Positions 28,964-41,186 of a stretch of DNA of 64,000 nt are shown in pieces. The position numbers were made by a program, and so were the translations under genes. This DNA comes from Escherichia phage 04086. The stretch's first letter is position 1. The number at the start of each line of letters is the position of its first letter. The notes beneath the pieces were generated by a model. It searched no databases. It worked only from the letters and a program-made list of their open reading frames with translations, and was not told where the DNA came from. Location of the stretch: sequence record OR842557; one strand, 5' to 3'.

Positions 28964-29580
28964 ATATAGTCTATTGGCTAGAATTTAGTCAACGTATCAA
29001 AGCCAAAACACCTCCCTATTATTACATTGGGTCTAAGCATGATTGCTTAATTAAAAATGGTGTTATAATTGATTCACGTAACAAAGAATATTGGTCTTCG
29101 TGTAAACAACCACGATTTATCTCTGCTTTGTCTGAGCGTCCTAAAGTTAAAGTTCTTCATGTATGCGAAGATGTTTTAACTGAAGAAGAATTTTACCATA
29201 ATCATTATGATGTGGTTAAATCACCCTTATTCTTTAATAAGGCAATGGCTAAAGGGACTTTCAAATCCTGTTTGAAAGGTAAATCCAAATCTGAAAGCCA
29301 TAAACAAAAGATGAAAGAAAGTTCTCATCTTAAAGGTAAAGAGCCATGGGAACATCCTAATGCTATAGCAAAAGGTACCCATTTAGTGTGGAAAAATGCT
29401 AAAGTCTTTTATGACTGGTATATAGGCCCACATGAAACTACTAGATTAGGTCCGAAGATAATGTCTCGTGAAACCGGTTTAGCCTGTTCTACAATGACAG
29501 GGCATTCAATGATAAATAAATTTAAATCAGGATGGAATCCTCATCTCGATATTAAATTTAATGAATTTGCTTCAAACTGA
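28951..29580 (+). CDS. Putative homing endonuclease, seg-like (degenerate GIY-YIG with NUMOD-like motif); positional equivalent of T4 segG
   Basis: N-terminal IVYWLEF...YYYIGSKH resembles GIY-x10-YIG; KGKSKSESHKQKMKESSHLKGK resembles NUMOD3-type motif; sits between 59 and 32. Start codon uncertain. Confidence 0.55.
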   Translation: MSILNIVYWLEFSQRIKAKTPPYYYIGSKHDCLIKNGVIIDSRNKEYWSSCKQPRFISALSERPKVKVLHVCEDVLTEEEFYHNHYDVVKSPLFFNKAMAKGTFKSCLKGKSKSESHKQKMKESSHLKGKEPWEHPNAIAKGTHLVWKNAKVFYDWYIGPHETTRLGPKIMSRETGLACSTMTGHSMINKFKSGWNPHLDIKFNEFASN

Positions 29581-29682
29581 GGGTGATATAATTACCCTCT
29601 GGAACAAACCTAGTTATCAAGGTAAACGTGATAACAACAACTGTTAATAAATTTATTAAATATATCAAATAAGGTAAATAAT

Positions 29683-30594
29683 ATGTCTATGTTTAAACGC
29701 CGTAATCCTGCTGAACTTGCTGCTCAACTGTCTGCAATGAAAGGTGGTTCTTCTTTCTCTTCCGATGATAAAGCTGAATGGAAATTGAAAGATGACAACG
29801 GTGTTGGTACTGCGGTAATTCGTTTCCTACCTTCGAAAAACGAAGAAAATCCATCTCCATTCATTAAGCTCGTTAACCACGGCTTTAAGAAAAATGGTCA
29901 ATGGTATATTGAAAACTGTACGTCTACTCACGGTGATTTCGATTCTTGTCCTGTATGTAAATACATGAACCAGAACGATACCTTTAATACTAATAATGCC
30001 GAATACAAACTGATGAAACGTAAAACTTCCTTCTGGGCTAACATCCTTGTTATTAAGGATAGTGCAGTGCCTGCTAACGAAGGTAAAGTGTTTAAATTCC
30101 GTTTCGGTCAGAAAATTATGGATAAAATCAACCAGATGGTTGAAGTTGATACTGATATTGGTGAAGTGCCGGTTGACGTAACATGTCCGTTTGATGGTGC
30201 GAACTTCGTACTGAAATCTAAGAAAGTTGGCGACTTCAAAAACTACGACGATTCCAAATTCATGGGTCAGTCTGAAATTCCTAACATCAATGATGAAGCT
30301 TACCAAGCTAAATTGATGGAAGAAATGCACGACCTTTCTAAACTGCTCGATTTCAAATCATTCGAAACTAACGAAGCCAAGTTTAAGAAAGTTGTTGGTA
30401 CAGCTGCTCTTGGTGGTGCTGCCGCTAAAGCTTCTGCTGCCGCTGATAAGATTGGTGATGACCTGGACGCATTCAGTGCAGACCTTGATGCATATGATTC
30501 CAAACCGTCTACACCCGCTCGTTCCACCACTCCTGAGCCGTCAGTAAGTCCTTCTGATGACGATGGTCTGGACGACCTGTTAGCTGGTCTATAA
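29683..30594 (+). CDS. 32: ssDNA-binding protein gp32 (303 aa)
   Basis: Strong recalled similarity to T4 gp32 ([32 protein letters not shown], acidic [10 protein letters not shown] tail). Confidence 0.95.
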   Translation: MSMFKRRNPAELAAQLSAMKGGSSFSSDDKAEWKLKDDNGVGTAVIRFLPSKNEENPSPFIKLVNHGFKKNGQWYIENCTSTHGDFDSCPVCKYMNQNDTFNTNNAEYKLMKRKTSFWANILVIKDSAVPANEGKVFKFRFGQKIMDKINQMVEVDTDIGEVPVDVTCPFDGANFVLKSKKVGDFKNYDDSKFMGQSEIPNINDEAYQAKLMEEMHDLSKLLDFKSFETNEAKFKKVVGTAALGGAAAKASAAADKIGDDLDAFSADLDAYDSKPSTPARSTTPEPSVSPSDDDGLDDLLAGL

Positions 30595-30610
30595 GTTATT
30601 GATTTATAAA

Positions 30611-30635
30611 GGGAAGACTTCGGTCTTCCCTTTTT
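30611..30635 (+). terminator. Rho-independent terminator
   Basis: GGGAAGACTTCGGTCTTCCC then TTTTT. Confidence 0.7.
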
Positions 30636-30646
30636 GGCATTTAACG

Positions 30647-30700
30647 GTTTACAATGCCTTTAAACATGATACTATAGACTTATCAACTACATGAGGAAAT
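30647..30700 (+). promoter_or_regulatory. Early promoter cassette
   Basis: GTTTAC 30647-30652, 17 bp, TACTAT 30670-30675; shared core CATGATACTATAGAC..ATCAAC; ATGAGGAAATAAAATG leader. Confidence 0.6.
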
Positions 30701-30703
30701 AAA

Positions 30704-31090
30704 ATGGAAATCGGTAAAACTTATGAACTTCGTCCTGAGCGTATCAAAGCTTTTATTAATATCAGCCCTATCAATAATAACGATATGGTAGATATTATCC
30801 AAGACAATGGTGGTTGGTTTGAAGTAAAGGATACGATGACCTCGGATGAGGATAAATTTGTAACTAAAATCAAATGTGCGAATGGTAAGATTTTTAGTGC
30901 AGACGGGACACTAGAGGAATATTTTGAATTGCATGAAGATGAGTTCTATTGCTTCCGTGAATATGGTGAACAAGCTGATGGACTTGACACCCCTGTTACT
31001 AAGGCAGGTGTGACTCAAATCCATTGCATTGTTACCGAACAAAACGTTGACCAAATCATTGAACTTTTGCAAAAAACTTTTAAGGCCTAA
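30704..31090 (+). CDS. Hypothetical protein (128 aa), paralog of 31703..32062
   Basis: MEIGKTYELRPE...EEYFELHEDEF aligns with METGKTYALDPA...DEYFELGEWEF. Confidence 0.65.
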   Translation: MEIGKTYELRPERIKAFINISPINNNDMVDIIQDNGGWFEVKDTMTSDEDKFVTKIKCANGKIFSADGTLEEYFELHEDEFYCFREYGEQADGLDTPVTKAGVTQIHCIVTEQNVDQIIELLQKTFKA

Positions 31091-31091
31091 T

Positions 31092-31352
31092 ATGACTAAA
31101 GATGATTTCCTGGATGCAGTAGAAAAAGCCAGTGAGAAATTTGAAGTGATGGGTGTGCGAGTTCATAAAGACCGAAATTACGGGCTCGATATCCAAACGT
31201 ATTCGTTATGGCTTGTAGGTGAACATAGTCTTGTAACCACTTTAGTTATGGGTGTTGATGCCCAACCTTTACTGGTTAAATTCAGAAGTATGGAAAAAGC
31301 TACCAAAGAAATGATTAAACTTGGTAAATGGCTCGATAAAATTCAAAAATAA
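31092..31352 (+). CDS. Hypothetical protein (86 aa)
   Basis: ORF with AAGG ribosome binding site; ATG at 31092 preferred. Confidence 0.5.
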   Translation: MTKDDFLDAVEKASEKFEVMGVRVHKDRNYGLDIQTYSLWLVGEHSLVTTLVMGVDAQPLLVKFRSMEKATKEMIKLGKWLDKIQK

Positions 31353-31354
31353 AT

Positions 31355-31415
31355 GTTTACACCTGCTTTAAACATGATACTATAGACCCATCAACTAATG
31401 AGTGAGGAAAATAAA
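31355..31415 (+). promoter_or_regulatory. Early promoter cassette
   Basis: GTTTAC 31355-31360, 17 bp, TACTAT 31378-31383; same conserved core as the 30647 and 13821 cassettes. Confidence 0.6.
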
Positions 31416-31643
31416 ATGGCTAAGGTTAATATTGATATCGTTGATTTTGAATACACTTACGAAGTTATCCGTAATCGTTATCCTTCTTTAGTTATGACCC
31501 ATATTAAAGATACCCAATTCTGTAGTATGCAAATTGAAGTCCAAGGTCCTCTTGAAGACCTTACCCGCTTTATGGCTGACGAGTATTGTGACGGTATGCA
31601 CCCGGAAGACGCTAAATTTTATATGAATTTGATTAAAGCCTAG
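31416..31643 (+). CDS. Hypothetical protein (75 aa)
   Basis: GAGGAAAATAAAATG ribosome binding site. Confidence 0.55.
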   Translation: MAKVNIDIVDFEYTYEVIRNRYPSLVMTHIKDTQFCSMQIEVQGPLEDLTRFMADEYCDGMHPEDAKFYMNLIKA

Positions 31644-31677
31644 TATACAAACCGACGGGAACATGATAATATGTTCC
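31642..31677 (+). promoter_or_regulatory. Early promoter variant with stem-loop
   Basis: GTATAC 31642-31647, 17 bp, GATAAT 31665-31670; inverted repeat GGGAACAT / ATGTTCC. Confidence 0.5.
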
Positions 31678-31702
31678 TTAAATTGAATATGAGGAAATAA
31701 AA

Positions 31703-32062
31703 ATGGAAACTGGTAAAACTTACGCATTAGACCCCGCTGCTAAAAAACAATTCATCGCTGGTGGTGATGCGGGCATGGTCAAGTTGATGGAACAACACGG
31801 CAATTCCTTCAAAGTCCTGGATATGTGTTATATCGATGGCGATTATTTTGTTGAAAAAGTTGAAATGAAAGACGGTACTATCCTGAATAGTATGGGTGGG
31901 CCTGATGAGTACTTTGAACTCGGTGAATGGGAATTCAAACACTTCCTGGAAGTTGATGGCGATGCCCCTGATATTGATACCCAAACCATTCATGTACAAG
32001 TCAATCACAAAAATGCCGCTGAAGTCATTGCCTTGATTAAAACAACTTTTGATATCCAGTAA
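31703..32062 (+). CDS. Hypothetical protein (119 aa), paralog of 30704..31090
   Basis: See 30704..31090. Confidence 0.65.
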   Translation: METGKTYALDPAAKKQFIAGGDAGMVKLMEQHGNSFKVLDMCYIDGDYFVEKVEMKDGTILNSMGGPDEYFELGEWEFKHFLEVDGDAPDIDTQTIHVQVNHKNAAEVIALIKTTFDIQ

Positions 32063-32069
32063 AAAAGTA

Positions 32070-32110
32070 GTATACAAGCCAATGGGGCTATGATACAATG
32101 GTCCCATACT
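32070..32110 (+). promoter_or_regulatory. Early promoter variant
   Basis: GTATAC 32070-32075, TGATACAAT extended -10. Confidence 0.45.
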
Positions 32111-32139
32111 GAGTTAACAGCTAAAAACTGGAGAATAAA

Positions 32140-32379
32140 ATGAAATTACAACGTGAATCAATCAAAGATTCTGAAGTTAAAGGCAAATGGTACTTCACAA
32201 TCCAAGGTAATAACCCGGAAGCTCTGGAAAAAGCTGAACAAGCTTTGTGTGCGATGGGTTGGAAAGATGAGTGCGATGGGTGTCCTCTTTATGAAGACGG
32301 TAGCTCATCTGGCTTCTGGATTCACCACTCTGACGTTGGCCAATTTAAAACTGACTGGAAAATCGCTAAGAAAGCGTGA
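32140..32379 (+). CDS. Hypothetical protein (79 aa)
   Basis: ORF with GGAGAATAAAATG ribosome binding site. Confidence 0.55.
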   Translation: MKLQRESIKDSEVKGKWYFTIQGNNPEALEKAEQALCAMGWKDECDGCPLYEDGSSSGFWIHHSDVGQFKTDWKIAKKA

Positions 32380-32390
32380 GGAAAAATATA

Positions 32391-32724
32391 ATGCTTGCTG
32401 AATACACCTGTTTTGCTAAAGATGATGCACATCCTGAACTGGTTCTTGAAGTTAAGGTCGATCACCTCGACCATGAATTTGAGTGGAGCCTTTACATTTA
32501 TCCTAAAAATATGTTTGATAGCGTACAAGAATTTAAACTTAACGATAAATGTATCAGTGGTATCATTGGATACGGGTCTAGTGAAAGCATATACTCATTA
32601 GAAGAAATCCGTGAATCACGTTGTGCCGTAGCTTATTTTGATACCGATACCATTAAGCATCTTTATAAATTGGTTATTGAACTTCGTAAAGATTTTACTG
32701 CTATTAAAAAGCTACGGGCTAATT

Positions 32725-32747
<23 letters not shown>
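32391..32747 (+). CDS. Hypothetical protein (118 aa)
   Basis: GAGGAAAAATATAATG ribosome binding site. Confidence 0.55.
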
Positions 32748-34859
<2,112 letters not shown>

Positions 34860-34920
34860 AAATTCAAATAATCTGTACTCTGTTTTTGGTTATTATGGTC
34901 GGGCTGAATTTGGTGCTATA

Positions 34921-35214
34921 ATGAGAGTCTGTAGAGTTGTTAACAAGTATAAAGAAGATTTTGATGTCAACATCCAACGTGGAACTATGTGGGGTAATCC
35001 ATTTAAAGATGGAACCCGCGAGGAAAACATCAAGAACTTTAAAGAATACTTTATTGCTAAAATAAAATCGGGCGAAATTAAAAGAGAACATCTTGAAACC
35101 CTTAGAGGTATGCGTATAGCGTGTACCTGTAAACCTAAGGACTGTCATGGGGATGTGATAGCCTTGATTGTTAACAAACTTTTCAAAGACACGTTCTCAT
35201 TAGAAGACCTATAA
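34921..35214 (+). CDS. Hypothetical protein (97 aa), DUF4326-like
   Basis: GNPF ... C-x-C-x5-C-H-G-D motif pattern; between td and nrdA. Confidence 0.5.
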   Translation: MRVCRVVNKYKEDFDVNIQRGTMWGNPFKDGTREENIKNFKEYFIAKIKSGEIKREHLETLRGMRIACTCKPKDCHGDVIALIVNKLFKDTFSLEDL

Positions 35215-35280
35215 ATATCAGTCCATGCTTAACAGGTTCTATGATAGAATAATTGTAGAACCTAACATATTGAGGAAATT

Positions 35281-37705
35281 ATGCAAGTACAAAAAAGTAG
35301 TGGTGTATCCCAAGATTTTGACGCACAAAAAATTATTAAAGTTCTGACTTGGGGCTGTGAAGGAACCCAAATCGACCCCTATGAATTATACGAAGAAATC
35401 AAATCTCATCTTCGTGATGGTATGACTACCAAAGATATCCAAAATCTGACTGTTAAGGTAGCAGCCAACCTTATTTCAGTTGAAGAGCCTGATTACCAAT
35501 ATGTTGCTGCAAAGCAATTGATGTTTGCACTGCGTAAAGAAGTTTATGGCCAGTTCGAACCACGTAGCTTTATCGACCATATTTCCTATTGTGTTAACGA
35601 AGGTAAATATGACCCTGAATTGCTGTCTCGATATTCTGCAGAAGAAATTACTTTCTTAGAATCTCATATCAAGCATGAACGTGACTTTGAATTGACCTAT
35701 GCAGGTGCGATGCAGCTGAAAGAGAAATATCTGGTTAAAGATAAGACTACGGGTAAAATCTACGAAACCCCTCAGTTCGCTATCATGTGTATTGGCATGG
35801 CCTTACACCAAGAAGAGCCAGGTAATCGTTTGGCACATATTATTCGTTTTTATGATGCTGTAAGTACCCGTCAGGTTTCATTACCAACTCCTATTATGGC
35901 TGGAGCACGTACACCTACCCGTCAATTTAGTTCTTGTGTGGTTATTGAAGCAGGCGACTCACTGAAATCTATTAACAAAACTGCTAACTCAATAATTGAA
36001 TACATTTCTAAACGTGCAGGTATTGGTATCAACGTTGGTATGATTCGTGCTGAAGGTTCTCGTATTGGCATGGGTGAAGTCAAACATACTGGCGTTATTC
36101 CATTCTGGAAACATTTCCAGACTGCTGTTAAATCATGTTCACAAGGTGGAATCCGTGGCGGCGCTGCTACTGCTTATTATCCTATTTGGCATTTGGAAGT
36201 TGAAAATCTGCTCGTTCTGAAAAACAACAAAGGCGTAGATGAGAACCGTATTCGTCATATGGACTACGGAATCCAGATGAACGACCTTATGATGGAACGT
36301 TTCGGTAAAAATGATTACATCACGCTGTTTAGTCCTCATGAAATGGGTGGTGAGCTTTATTATTCTTATTTCGAAGACCAAGACCGTTTCCGTGAATTGT
36401 ATGAAGCAGCTGAAAAAGACCCTAGTATTCGTAAGAAACGTATTAAAGCACGTGACCTCTTCGAATTGTTCATGACCGAACGTTCAGGCACTGCACGAAT
36501 TTATCCTCAGTTCGTTGATAACACTAACAACTTCACACCATTTATTCGTGAAAAAGCTCCTATTCGACAGAGCAACTTGTGTTGTGAAATTGCTATCCCG
36601 ACTACTGACGTGAATAGTCCGGACGCCGAAATTGGTTTGTGTACGTTGTCTGCATTTGTGCTGGATAACTTCGATTGGCAGGACCAAGACAAAATCAACG
36701 AGCTCGCTGAAGTCCAGGTACGTGCACTTGATAACCTATTGGACTACCAAGATTATCCTGTTCCTGAAGCTCTGAANTGTGAATAGTCCGGACGCTGAAA
36801 TCGGATTGTGTACGTTGTCTGCATTTGTGCTGGATAACTTCGATTGGCAGGACCAAGACAAAATCAACGAGCTCGCTGAAGTCCAGGTACGTGCACTTGA
36901 TAACCTATTGGACTACCAAGATTATCCTGTTCCTGAAGCTCTGAAGGCCAAGAAACGTCGTAATCTGGGTGTTGGTGTTACGAACTATGCAGCTTGGTTA
37001 GCAAGCAACTTTGCTTCTTATGAAGACGCAAACGATTTAACTCATGAACTGTTTGAGAGATTACAATATGGGCTTATCCGAGCATCAATCAAGTTGGCCG
37101 AAGAAAAAGGACCTTGCGAGTATTATTCAGACACTAAATGGTCTCGAGGCGAATTACCTATCGACTGGTACAATAAAAAGATTGACCAAATCGCAGCCCC
37201 TAACTATGTTTGTGACTGGACGTCGTTGCGGGAAGACTTGGCTAAACATGGCATCCGTAATAGCACATTATCAGCACTTATGCCGTGTGAATCAAGCAGC
37301 CAGGTTTCCAACTCTACAAACGGCATCGAACCTCCACGTGGTCCGGTAAGTATTAAAGAATCTAAAGAAGGTAACTTCCGTCAGGTAGTTCCTAATGTAG
37401 AACATAACCAAGGGCTCTACGATTACGCTTGGACCCTCGCTAAGAAAGGTAATAAACCTTATCTTACCCAAGTGGCAATAGCGTTGAAATGGGTGTGTCA
37501 ATCGGCATCAGCTAATACATATTATGACCCGCAGATTTTCCCAAAAGGAAAAGTTCCGATGTCAGTAATGCTTGATGACCTGCTGTATTTCTGGTACTAC
37601 GGTGGTAAGAACCTTTACTATCATAACACCCGTGATGGCTCTGGTACTGATGACTACGAAATCGAAACTCCTAAAGCCGACGATTGTGCAGCTTGTAAGC
37701 TTTAA
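35281..37705 (+). CDS. nrdA: Ribonucleotide reductase large subunit (class Ia), split in the ORF track by an N-junction duplication
   Basis: Recalled RNR alpha motifs (ATP-cone N-terminus, SSCVV, NLCCEI, C-terminal CAACKL-type tail). Confidence 0.9.
36609..36945. repeat. N-marked junction (N at 36777) between ~167 bp near-identical copies inside nrdA
   Basis: Second copy begins with synonymous differences (GACGCCGAAATTGGT versus GACGCTGAAATCGGA) then is identical. Confidence 0.8.
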
Positions 37706-37758
37706 TAAAATCTGATTATAATTGACTCATGGATGAGTCACTAACAAATGAGAATAAC

Positions 37759-38898
37759 ATGTCTACAGTTTTTAATACCACCCCAGTTGATGTTTTAGTC
37801 GAACCGATGTTCTTTGGTTCAGGATTGGGTATTGCTCGTTATGATATCCAACGTCATAAAGTGTTCGAAGAGCTTTGTGAGAAGCAGTTGAGTTTTTTCT
37901 GGCGTCCAGAAGAAGTCAACTTGATGATGGATGCTGCTCAATTTAATAAGCTTCCACAATTCCAACAAAATATTTTTACCAATAACCTGAAGTATCAATC
38001 ACTTCTGGATAGTATCCAAGGTCGTGCTCCTTCTGCAGCACTCCAAGCCTTGATTTCCGACCCTAGCCTTGATACTTGGGTGGCTACATGGACCTTTAGT
38101 GAGACCATTCACTCTCGTTCATATACCCATATTATGCGTAACCTCTATACAGACCCATCTAAGGTATTTGATGAAATTCTGTTAGATGATGCTATCATGA
38201 AACGTGCTGAATCCATTGGTCGTTATTATGATGACGTTATCGAGAAAACTCGCCTTTATCAGAATGCTTTAGAAGAATATCATGAGTTTAGCGAAGGCGT
38301 AAAACAGGCTAAATACGAACTAATGCGTTCTCTTTACCTCTGTCTGCACGTAATCAACGCCCTGGAAGCTATTCGTTTTTACGTATCTTTCGCATGCACC
38401 TTTAACTTCCATAAAAACATGGAAATCATGGAAGGTAATGCTAAGATTATGAAGTTCATTGCACGTGATGAACAGCTTCACCTTAAAGGTACCCAGTACA
38501 TTATTCGTCAACTCCAACTTGGTACTGATGGTGCTGAATGGGTTAAAATTGCTCAAGAGTGCGAACAAGAAGCAGTTGATATTTTCATGGAAGTTAACCG
38601 TCAAGAAAAAGAATGGGCCGCTCACCTGTTCAAAGATGGTACTTGCCCTGGATTAAATACTCAGAACATGGGTGCTTTTGTCGATTACCTGACAGTTTCT
38701 CGTATGAAGCAATGTGGCTTACCATGTCCTATTACTGATGCTCCTGCCCGCCATCCATATCCTTGGATTCGTGAATACCTGAACTCTGATGCTGTACAGG
38801 CTGCTCCTCAGGAAGTGGAAATCAGTTCTTACCTTGTAGCACAAATTGATAACGATGTTGATGAAAAAGTAATGGCATCGTACAAGAAATATTTTTAA
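37759..38898 (+). CDS. nrdB: Ribonucleotide reductase small subunit, intron-less (about 379 aa)
   Basis: Recalled similarity to T4 NrdB from MSTVFNT; di-iron ligand context; continuous ORF with no intron; directly follows nrdA with no mobE-like gene between. Confidence 0.9.
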   Translation: MSTVFNTTPVDVLVEPMFFGSGLGIARYDIQRHKVFEELCEKQLSFFWRPEEVNLMMDAAQFNKLPQFQQNIFTNNLKYQSLLDSIQGRAPSAALQALISDPSLDTWVATWTFSETIHSRSYTHIMRNLYTDPSKVFDEILLDDAIMKRAESIGRYYDDVIEKTRLYQNALEEYHEFSEGVKQAKYELMRSLYLCLHVINALEAIRFYVSFACTFNFHKNMEIMEGNAKIMKFIARDEQLHLKGTQYIIRQLQLGTDGAEWVKIAQECEQEAVDIFMEVNRQEKEWAAHLFKDGTCPGLNTQNMGAFVDYLTVSRMKQCGLPCPITDAPARHPYPWIREYLNSDAVQAAPQEVEISSYLVAQIDNDVDEKVMASYKKYF

Positions 38899-38925
38899 GG
38901 AATGGGGCTTCGGCCCCTTATTGCT

Positions 38926-39336
38926 ATGAAAGAAATCGCAGACGAATTTAGCTTTATCAAGTACGTCACCCTAGAACTCCAAGATGACGCCACCATAGCT
39001 CCACTTACGGTACCAAATAAACAAAATGTAATATATGCTATAGCGGTTGATGATATACTAGTCTACGTCGGGAAGACTAAAAATCTTCGTAAGCGCATCA
39101 ACTACTACCGGACCGCTATTAATCGTAAGGACCAAACGTCAGATTCGACTAAGTCCATTCTGATTCATGAAGCATTAATGGCAGGTAAAAAGGTGGAGTT
39201 CTATGCACGGCAGTGCTTTAATCTGTCGATGACTAACGAACTTGGAACTATGTCAGTTGAGACCATGTCTCTTGAAGAGCCAATGTTCATAAAGAAATTT
39301 AATCCACCTTGGAATACCCAACACCGTGCCAAATGA
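38926..39336 (+). CDS. denA: Endonuclease II (GIY-YIG family nicking endonuclease, 136 aa)
   Basis: Strong recalled similarity to T4 EndoII (MKEIA.E.SFIKY, VIYAIA..D.LVY.GKTKNLRKRINYYRTAINRKD). Confidence 0.9.
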   Translation: MKEIADEFSFIKYVTLELQDDATIAPLTVPNKQNVIYAIAVDDILVYVGKTKNLRKRINYYRTAINRKDQTSDSTKSILIHEALMAGKKVEFYARQCFNLSMTNELGTMSVETMSLEEPMFIKKFNPPWNTQHRAK

Positions 39337-39983
39337 AGAAACATTACATATACAAAATTACAGTTATGGAAGGCCCATTTAAAGACCACTATTATATAGG
39401 TAAAAGGTCTAACGAGGACCCTGAAAATGACATTTATAGCGGTAGTGGTGTAAAACTACCGTATATAAAAAGAAATTTTAGATTTATTAAGGAAATTTTA
39501 TCATTTCATTCGGATGAACAAGAAGCTTATGATAAAGAAAAGGAATTGGTATGTTATGAGGCCTTAATGGACCCATATTGTTTAAATGTTGTTCTTGGAG
39601 GCAGGGGTCATAAAACGGGTGATAAATTATCGCAATGGTATTTTTATGATGAGCTTTTTGAATTATGGGTAAATAACGGTCTATTAGGATACGGAAGATT
39701 TGGGCGATTGGCTGTCTCATTAGGATATCCTAATGAGCATTACGGAGGCCTTATAGCGGCCTTTGAAAAAAATTCAGGATTAAAAGCAAATTCTAATACC
39801 AAAACCCTAGGAGTTCCTTCTTCCAAGCGTAAGGAACATTGGCTTTACGAAAAGGAGCTTTTCGAACATTGGGTTAAAATGGGCCGATGCGGTCATAGAA
39901 CCTTTAAACGCAAGATGGTAGCTTTAAATTATCCTGATGTATCCTATTATCAAATGGTTGAAAATTTTAAGGTAAAGCAATGA
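39333..39983 (+). CDS. GIY-YIG homing endonuclease, seg-like (216 aa) with internally repeated C-terminal module
   Basis: N-terminal HYIYKITV...YYIGKRS is a clear GIY-x10-YIG; C-terminus carries two copies of a ~45 aa unit; inserted between denA and rnlA. Confidence 0.7.
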   Translation: MKKHYIYKITVMEGPFKDHYYIGKRSNEDPENDIYSGSGVKLPYIKRNFRFIKEILSFHSDEQEAYDKEKELVCYEALMDPYCLNVVLGGRGHKTGDKLSQWYFYDELFELWVNNGLLGYGRFGRLAVSLGYPNEHYGGLIAAFEKNSGLKANSNTKTLGVPSSKRKEHWLYEKELFEHWVKMGRCGHRTFKRKMVALNYPDVSYYQMVENFKVKQ

Positions 39984-41128
39984 TTGAATTATATGATAAC
40001 TTGATGGCCCTGGTTAAAAACTCGACTAAATCTAAGTTCTTCTTTAAAGACTTTCAGAGTGCTCTAGGAGTCAACTATCGCATCTTTAGTTATAACTACG
40101 CATCATACAGTGATTGGTTGGAAGACGGCGCACTAGAGTGCCGAGGCATTATGTTTGAAATGGACGAGAAAGGTCCTGTACGTATTGCCGCTCGTCCTAT
40201 GCAAAAGTTCTTTAACCTCGACGAAAACCCTATGACTATCGGTCTAGATTTGTCGCCAGAAAATATCGACCTCGTAATGGCTAAGGAAGATGGTTCTCTG
40301 ATTTCTACATTCATGGACCGACAGTATCTTTCTGTTAAATCTAAAGGCTCTATCCATTCATCAATGGTGCATGATTCTTTACGGTTCCTTCGTCTCCCTG
40401 AGAACGAGGCTTTTGCCGCACGTCTAGAAGAAATCACCAAAGCTGGGTATACCTGCAACCTTGAATATGTAGCACCTACCAACCGTATCGTGCTGGCTTA
40501 CCAAGAAACAAACCTCATCCTGTTAAACGTTCGTAATAATGAAACAGGTGAATATATTCCGTATGCTGAATTGTTTAAAGATGGCGCGCTGCGTAAGCAT
40601 TTGGTTGAAAGCTATGACCTCACCGAAGGTGATTTCGTAGAAAACATCCGTAAACAAGAGGGTATTGAAGGTTTCATCTTTGTACTTAAAGATGGTACGT
40701 TCTTTAAACTCAAAACTGCATGGTACAGTGCACTACATCATACCAAAGATTCCATTAACAATAACGAACGTTTGTTTGAAGTTGTAGTGGCTGGTGGTAC
40801 TGACGACCTTCGTGGCCTGTTCAGTACGGATTCGTTTGCTATCGAGAAAATCGATGCCTTTGAACGTATCCATTTAGATTACTTAGAACAATCACTGGCT
40901 TTGTTAGAAGCAGCGTACTCCCAACTCAAAGGCCGCGACCGTAAGGACTACGCTGTTACAGGTCAATTAATCCTTAAGGACTTCCCAGGGTTGTTCTCTA
41001 TTCTTATGCAGGCGTACGTAGGCGGTATTAATTACGATACGGTTGTAGACCAGATTAACTCTGTGTTCTTGAAAAACCACAAAGCCCAAATCCCTGAAAA
41101 ATATTTGAAAGAAATTGTGGTAGAGTAG
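39980..41128 (+). CDS. rnlA: RNA ligase 1 / tail fibre attachment catalyst gp63 (382 aa)
   Basis: Recalled similarity to T4 Rnl1 (YRIFSYNYASYSDW, ALECRGIMFEMD, KEDGSL, FVAPTNRIVLAYQE, LLNVRNNETGEYI). Confidence 0.9.
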   Translation: MIELYDNLMALVKNSTKSKFFFKDFQSALGVNYRIFSYNYASYSDWLEDGALECRGIMFEMDEKGPVRIAARPMQKFFNLDENPMTIGLDLSPENIDLVMAKEDGSLISTFMDRQYLSVKSKGSIHSSMVHDSLRFLRLPENEAFAARLEEITKAGYTCNLEYVAPTNRIVLAYQETNLILLNVRNNETGEYIPYAELFKDGALRKHLVESYDLTEGDFVENIRKQEGIEGFIFVLKDGTFFKLKTAWYSALHHTKDSINNNERLFEVVVAGGTDDLRGLFSTDSFAIEKIDAFERIHLDYLEQSLALLEAAYSQLKGRDRKDYAVTGQLILKDFPGLFSILMQAYVGGINYDTVVDQINSVFLKNHKAQIPEKYLKEIVVE

Positions 41129-41179
41129 TTTACATCTCCTCATGTTGTGTTAGTATAGACTTACCAACTAATGAGGAGA
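41128..41179 (+). promoter_or_regulatory. Early promoter inside stem-loop cassette
   Basis: GTTTAC 41128-41133, TAGTAT 41151-41156; inverted repeat TCTCCTCAT / ATGAGGAGA, same arms as the 139..189 cassette. Confidence 0.6.
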
Positions 41180-41186
41180 AAACAAA

